From assembly GCF_003584645.1 (NCBI RefSeq), contig NZ_AP017928.1, forward strand, positions 1,928,395-1,960,394: 32,000 bases of DNA, written 5' to 3'. Below are positions 28,607 to 32,000 of the stretch, piece after piece; position 1 is the stretch's first letter; every line of letters begins with the position of its first letter. The DNA is from Methylocaldum marinum (GTDB taxonomy: Bacteria; Pseudomonadota; Gammaproteobacteria; Methylococcales; Methylococcaceae). The notes below the pieces were generated by a model that was not told where the DNA came from, did not search any database, and saw nothing but the letters and a program-made list of their open reading frames with translations. The position numbers and the translations under genes are program-made.

Positions 28607-31027
28607 TTAGCGACCGGGCCGGGCCCCGTCTCGGCTACCTTCCTTCGCCGACATCAGGGCCGTTCGAGCATCTTCCAAACCCGTGAATTCCCTGCCGGAG
28701 TTCACCGCTTTTTGGAGCTGCTCCGCCGCTGCCGCACGCTCGCCTCTCTTGAGGTAAATCATACCCAAGTGATATTGAAAAATCGGCACACCCGGAGATT
28801 TTTCGGCGGTTTTCAGCTGTAAAGTCAGCGCTTTGTCATATTCGCCTTTTCGATAATAGATCCAGGCCAGCGTATCCCAGAATACCGGCTCCTCGGTTCG
28901 ATCGAATTCCCTTGCCAGTTCGAGTGCTCGCTCGAGCCGGTCTTTCCGGGACTCGTCGATGCTGAGCAAGCTGGCAAGATTGTTGCGGGCGAGCATGTTG
29001 CCGGGGTTCGCTTTCAGAATGCTCTCGTAGTGCTTGATGGCGGTTTCGTAATCCCCGGAGATTTCATAGACCCGAGCCAGGTTCATGAGCACGCCAGGCT
29101 CTCCGGGTACCGCTTCGAGTGCCCGATGATAGACTTCAAGCGCCCGCTTCGGCCTACCCGTCTGCTCGTAATGGGCTCCGAGGTTTGCGTAGGGCAGCAA
29201 CCAGCGGGGGTTTGACTCGATCGCCTTGTTCAGAAATCTGACGGCCTCAGCTTCTTGCTTTTCGCCCAGGTAATACAATCCGAGTAACTGGTAAGCGCCG
29301 CCATGCTTCGGATCGTTTGTCAGAACCGCCTTGAGTCTTCGCACACCCTTTTCGGCTTGCCCCTGCTCCACACAAGTTCCGAAAATCGCCTTCAGAATTT
29401 CGTAATCCTTCCCCGGCTTTCCGAGCGACTCCTCAAATTCCGCCAACGCCGCATCGTATTTTTTCTGAGAACGATAAAACCTGCCCAAGAGGAACGTGCC
29501 AGCGGGATTTTCGGGAAATCGCGCTTTTATCCCCTTCAAGACGAACTCCTGCTCCGAATATTTCCCGGCGGCCGCCAAAATTTCCGATTTGAGTACCAGC
29601 GCGTCGAGATGGTCCGAGTGCCGTTTCAGGAATTCTTCGAGTTTCTCCAGCGCCAATGTGTAGTTCTTTTGTGCCGCCAGGAATTCGACCAGTTTCTTGC
29701 TCGCCTCGAATCCGTCGGGATTCGCGGCCACTGCTTTTTCCAGGCTTTCCCGAGCGAGCGCCGGCTTGCCGTCGAGTATATGGGCTGCCGCCAGTAGATT
29801 GAGTGTTTGCCAGGAATCGGGCTGGTCTTTGAGAAGCGTACGGAATGCCGCGATGGCTTTTTGACTGTCCTTGCGATACAAAGCAATACGGCCCTGAAGC
29901 AGCAGTGCCTGGCGGTCTGCCGGATTGGCCTCCAGGACTTCATCGACCCAAGCCGTGGCCTTGTCCGCCCGGCCTTCGGCTAAAGCCAGCAAAGCCAAAC
30001 GGTTCTTAGCTTTCAAAGCATCCGGAGCTCGTTTGTTCAGGGCAACGATATCTTGATAGATCCGCCCCGCTCTCGCTCCTTCTTTGCGCTGTTCATAAAG
30101 CCGCGCCAAGGCGAATCGGAGGTCCGATTTTTCCGGATAAACGCCGATTGCCTTGTGAAGTTCCGCGACCGCCTCATCGGATTTTCCGGTTCTTGCCAGA
30201 AACTCCGCGAGCAGGATGTAACGCCGGCTGTCATCGGGCCTGACATCGATGGCTTCGCGATACGCCTTTTCCGCCTCGCCCCAGCGCTTCCGCTGAATAT
30301 AGAATTCCGACAAGAGCTTTCTATTTTCAAAGTTGGCGGGATCCGCGGATACCATCCCCTTATAGATATTCTCGGCCTTTTCATATTTTTTCATGCGAAC
30401 GGAGAGTTCCGCGAGACCTGTCCGCAGCGGGATGTCGCCGGGATTGGCTTTCACCCCCCGCTCCAGGACCTTTTCGGCTTCGTCAAGCTTATTCTGCTGG
30501 GTATACAGCATCGCCAAAATGAGAAACGCTTCGGCCCGGGAAGGTTGTTCCCCGGCGATACGGGTAAGTTCATCGATGGCATCGGCTTGGTTCCCCTTGA
30601 GGCTGGCCAAACCCGCTTTCACCATTCTTGCCTCGATGTGCCCCGGCTCGATGCTGAGCACATCATTCAACAGGGCATCGGCCTGATCGAGTTGCCTCGC
30701 CAACATATAGAGTTTCGCAAGCTTAACTTTGGCTCCCGTATCAGTGGGGTCGAGCTCGCCGGCTTTCTGATAAAAGCCGAAGGATTCCCGCCAATTCTTC
30801 CGTGCTTCCTCTATTTGTCCCAAATAGAAGTAGGACTTGGAAACCTTGGGATCGATTTGCAGAACGTTCTTGAATTCCACCTTGGCCTTATCGAAGTTCC
30901 TTTCCTCGAAAAACTTTATTCCTCGCTCCAGATGCTCGGCCTTGCGTTCTTCGGCACCGCCGCATCCGGTGAAAAGACCGGTTACACTCAGCAAGAGGCA
31001 GAATAGTGCTAACGTCCTGATCAGCAT
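28607..31027 (-). CDS. TPR-repeat lipoprotein, PEP-CTERM-system type (PrsT-like)
   Basis: Lipoprotein signal 'MLIRTLALFCLLLSVTGLFTGC', then about 800 aa of TPR repeats. Divergent from a PEP-CTERM-type polysaccharide export gene. ATG 31027 chosen; the track ORF has a 63-aa extension. Confidence 0.82.
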   Translation of the reverse strand: MLIRTLALFCLLLSVTGLFTGCGGAEERKAEHLERGIKFFEERNFDKAKVEFKNVLQIDPKVSKSYFYLGQIEEARKNWRESFGFYQKAGELDPTDTGAKVKLAKLYMLARQLDQADALLNDVLSIEPGHIEARMVKAGLASLKGNQADAIDELTRIAGEQPSRAEAFLILAMLYTQQNKLDEAEKVLERGVKANPGDIPLRTGLAELSVRMKKYEKAENIYKGMVSADPANFENRKLLSEFYIQRKRWGEAEKAYREAIDVRPDDSRRYILLAEFLARTGKSDEAVAELHKAIGVYPEKSDLRFALARLYEQRKEGARAGRIYQDIVALNKRAPDALKAKNRLALLALAEGRADKATAWVDEVLEANPADRQALLLQGRIALYRKDSQKAIAAFRTLLKDQPDSWQTLNLLAAAHILDGKPALARESLEKAVAANPDGFEASKKLVEFLAAQKNYTLALEKLEEFLKRHSDHLDALVLKSEILAAAGKYSEQEFVLKGIKARFPENPAGTFLLGRFYRSQKKYDAALAEFEESLGKPGKDYEILKAIFGTCVEQGQAEKGVRRLKAVLTNDPKHGGAYQLLGLYYLGEKQEAEAVRFLNKAIESNPRWLLPYANLGAHYEQTGRPKRALEVYHRALEAVPGEPGVLMNLARVYEISGDYETAIKHYESILKANPGNMLARNNLASLLSIDESRKDRLERALELAREFDRTEEPVFWDTLAWIYYRKGEYDKALTLQLKTAEKSPGVPIFQYHLGMIYLKRGERAAAAEQLQKAVNSGREFTGLEDARTALMSAKEGSRDGARPGR

Positions 31028-31338
31028 GGCTATCGTCCCTAAAGTAAAGCCGTCGACATACGCTCGGATTAACGGCACCGGGCAGAATTTGGCGGACTCC
31101 TGTTTTGCGCGGGCGTATCGCCGCTCAGAGAGTCTGGGTGAGATCTGTTTTGAAGAGAAGAACGGAAATTGCCGCCATATCCTTGGCCTGATGTCCTGCC
31201 GCAATCCGGATTGCAACGGGTGTGAAAAATGTACTAAGCTGTAGTACCCTCGTACTATACCGTTACGGATGACGATGGTCCATGGGATGCGAGCCGACTG
31301 ATCGGTTCGATTTCTCGCAACATTGCTTAGATGCGCAT

Positions 31339-31911
31339 ATGAGAAATGGATTTTTGGCTTTTGCGCTCACTATTCAACTCGCTTTTTCGGTAGCCGCAGT
31401 GCCGGCACCGGCGATGTCAGTGTCCGTACCTCCCGATTATGTTGTCGGTGCAGGCGATGTTCTCGAGATCTCCGTCTGGAAAGAAGAGGGCTTGACGAAG
31501 CAGGCTCTGGTGCGGCCCGATGGCGGAATCACCTTCCCGTTGATCGGCGACATGCAAGCGGGCGGTTTGACCGTCCATCAAATCAGATCCGCGATAGCCG
31601 AGAGACTCTCCGAATTTCTGGCCGAACCGGAAGTCAGTGTTTCCTTGATCAATCTGAACCAGAACATCTATGTGGTCGGCAGAGTCAATAAGCCGGGCGA
31701 ATTCGTGACGCCGCATCGGGTTTCGGTCATGCAGGCCCTGTCCCTGGCCGGTGGTCTGACGCCTTTCGCCGACACTGATGACATAAGGATCATACGTCGA
31801 ATAGGCGAGAAAGAAGTCGCATTGCCCTTCGACTACGATGCCGTCGCCGACGGAAACGCCTTGGAGCAAAACATTCTGCTGCAAAGAGGAGATGTCGTCG
31901 TGGTTCCGTAA
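31339..31911 (+). CDS. Polysaccharide export protein (Poly_export + SLBB; PEP-CTERM-locus type)
   Basis: 'YVVGAGDVLEISVWKEEGLT...VRPDGGITFPLIGDMQAGGLTVHQIRSAIAERL' and 'VVGRVNKPGEF...MQALSLAGGLT' are Wza-family N-terminal signatures. Alternative start at ATG 31282. Confidence 0.85.
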   Translation: MRNGFLAFALTIQLAFSVAAVPAPAMSVSVPPDYVVGAGDVLEISVWKEEGLTKQALVRPDGGITFPLIGDMQAGGLTVHQIRSAIAERLSEFLAEPEVSVSLINLNQNIYVVGRVNKPGEFVTPHRVSVMQALSLAGGLTPFADTDDIRIIRRIGEKEVALPFDYDAVADGNALEQNILLQRGDVVVVP

Positions 31912-32000
31912 CATCGCCAGGCGATGCCGAGAATACCGCCGTTTCATGTGCAGAGCGGCCTACATTGGAACCAGACCGAACCTCGGCGGCTCACGGTATC

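Noticed and set aside
31924-32000. The start of the next EPS-locus gene (ATG 31924, 'MPRIPPFHVQSGLHWNQ')
   Set aside because: Only 25 codons are visible, with no SD and no recognisable motif, so it is not reported as a feature.

Overview
GC-rich proteobacterial chromosomal window in two very different parts. Positions 1 to ~12.1 kb look like a decaying defence/mobile island. It holds, in order:
- the 3' part of a type I R-M operon whose hsdR is split into two ORFs;
- an uncharacterised ORF;
- an intact Fic-family gene;
- an IS200/IS605-family element with a frameshifted tnpA;
- an XRE regulator followed by four out-of-frame ORF pieces running from an HsdR_N-type PD-(D/E)xK nuclease domain to an HNH nuclease;
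- a second Fic gene killed by an in-frame TAG plus an intact IS630-family insertion (TA duplication visible);
- an unknown minus-strand ORF;
- a third Fic-tail remnant in an AT-rich gene-free stretch.
From ~12.2 kb onward the window is ordinary core genome: tonB-exbB-exbD, small membrane proteins, divergent metE/metR, an orphan NarL-type response regulator, hisC plus a GNAT gene, an AsmA-family gene, a 5 x 42 bp hairpin tandem repeat, and the start of a PEP-CTERM-type exopolysaccharide locus (TPR lipoprotein plus polysaccharide export protein). I found no rRNA, tRNA or CRISPR array by eye. The most interesting candidate is the XRE + PD-(D/E)xK...HNH locus at 6.86-8.40 kb. It is interrupted by frameshifts, two of them in homopolymer runs, so assembly error versus real decay must be settled first.
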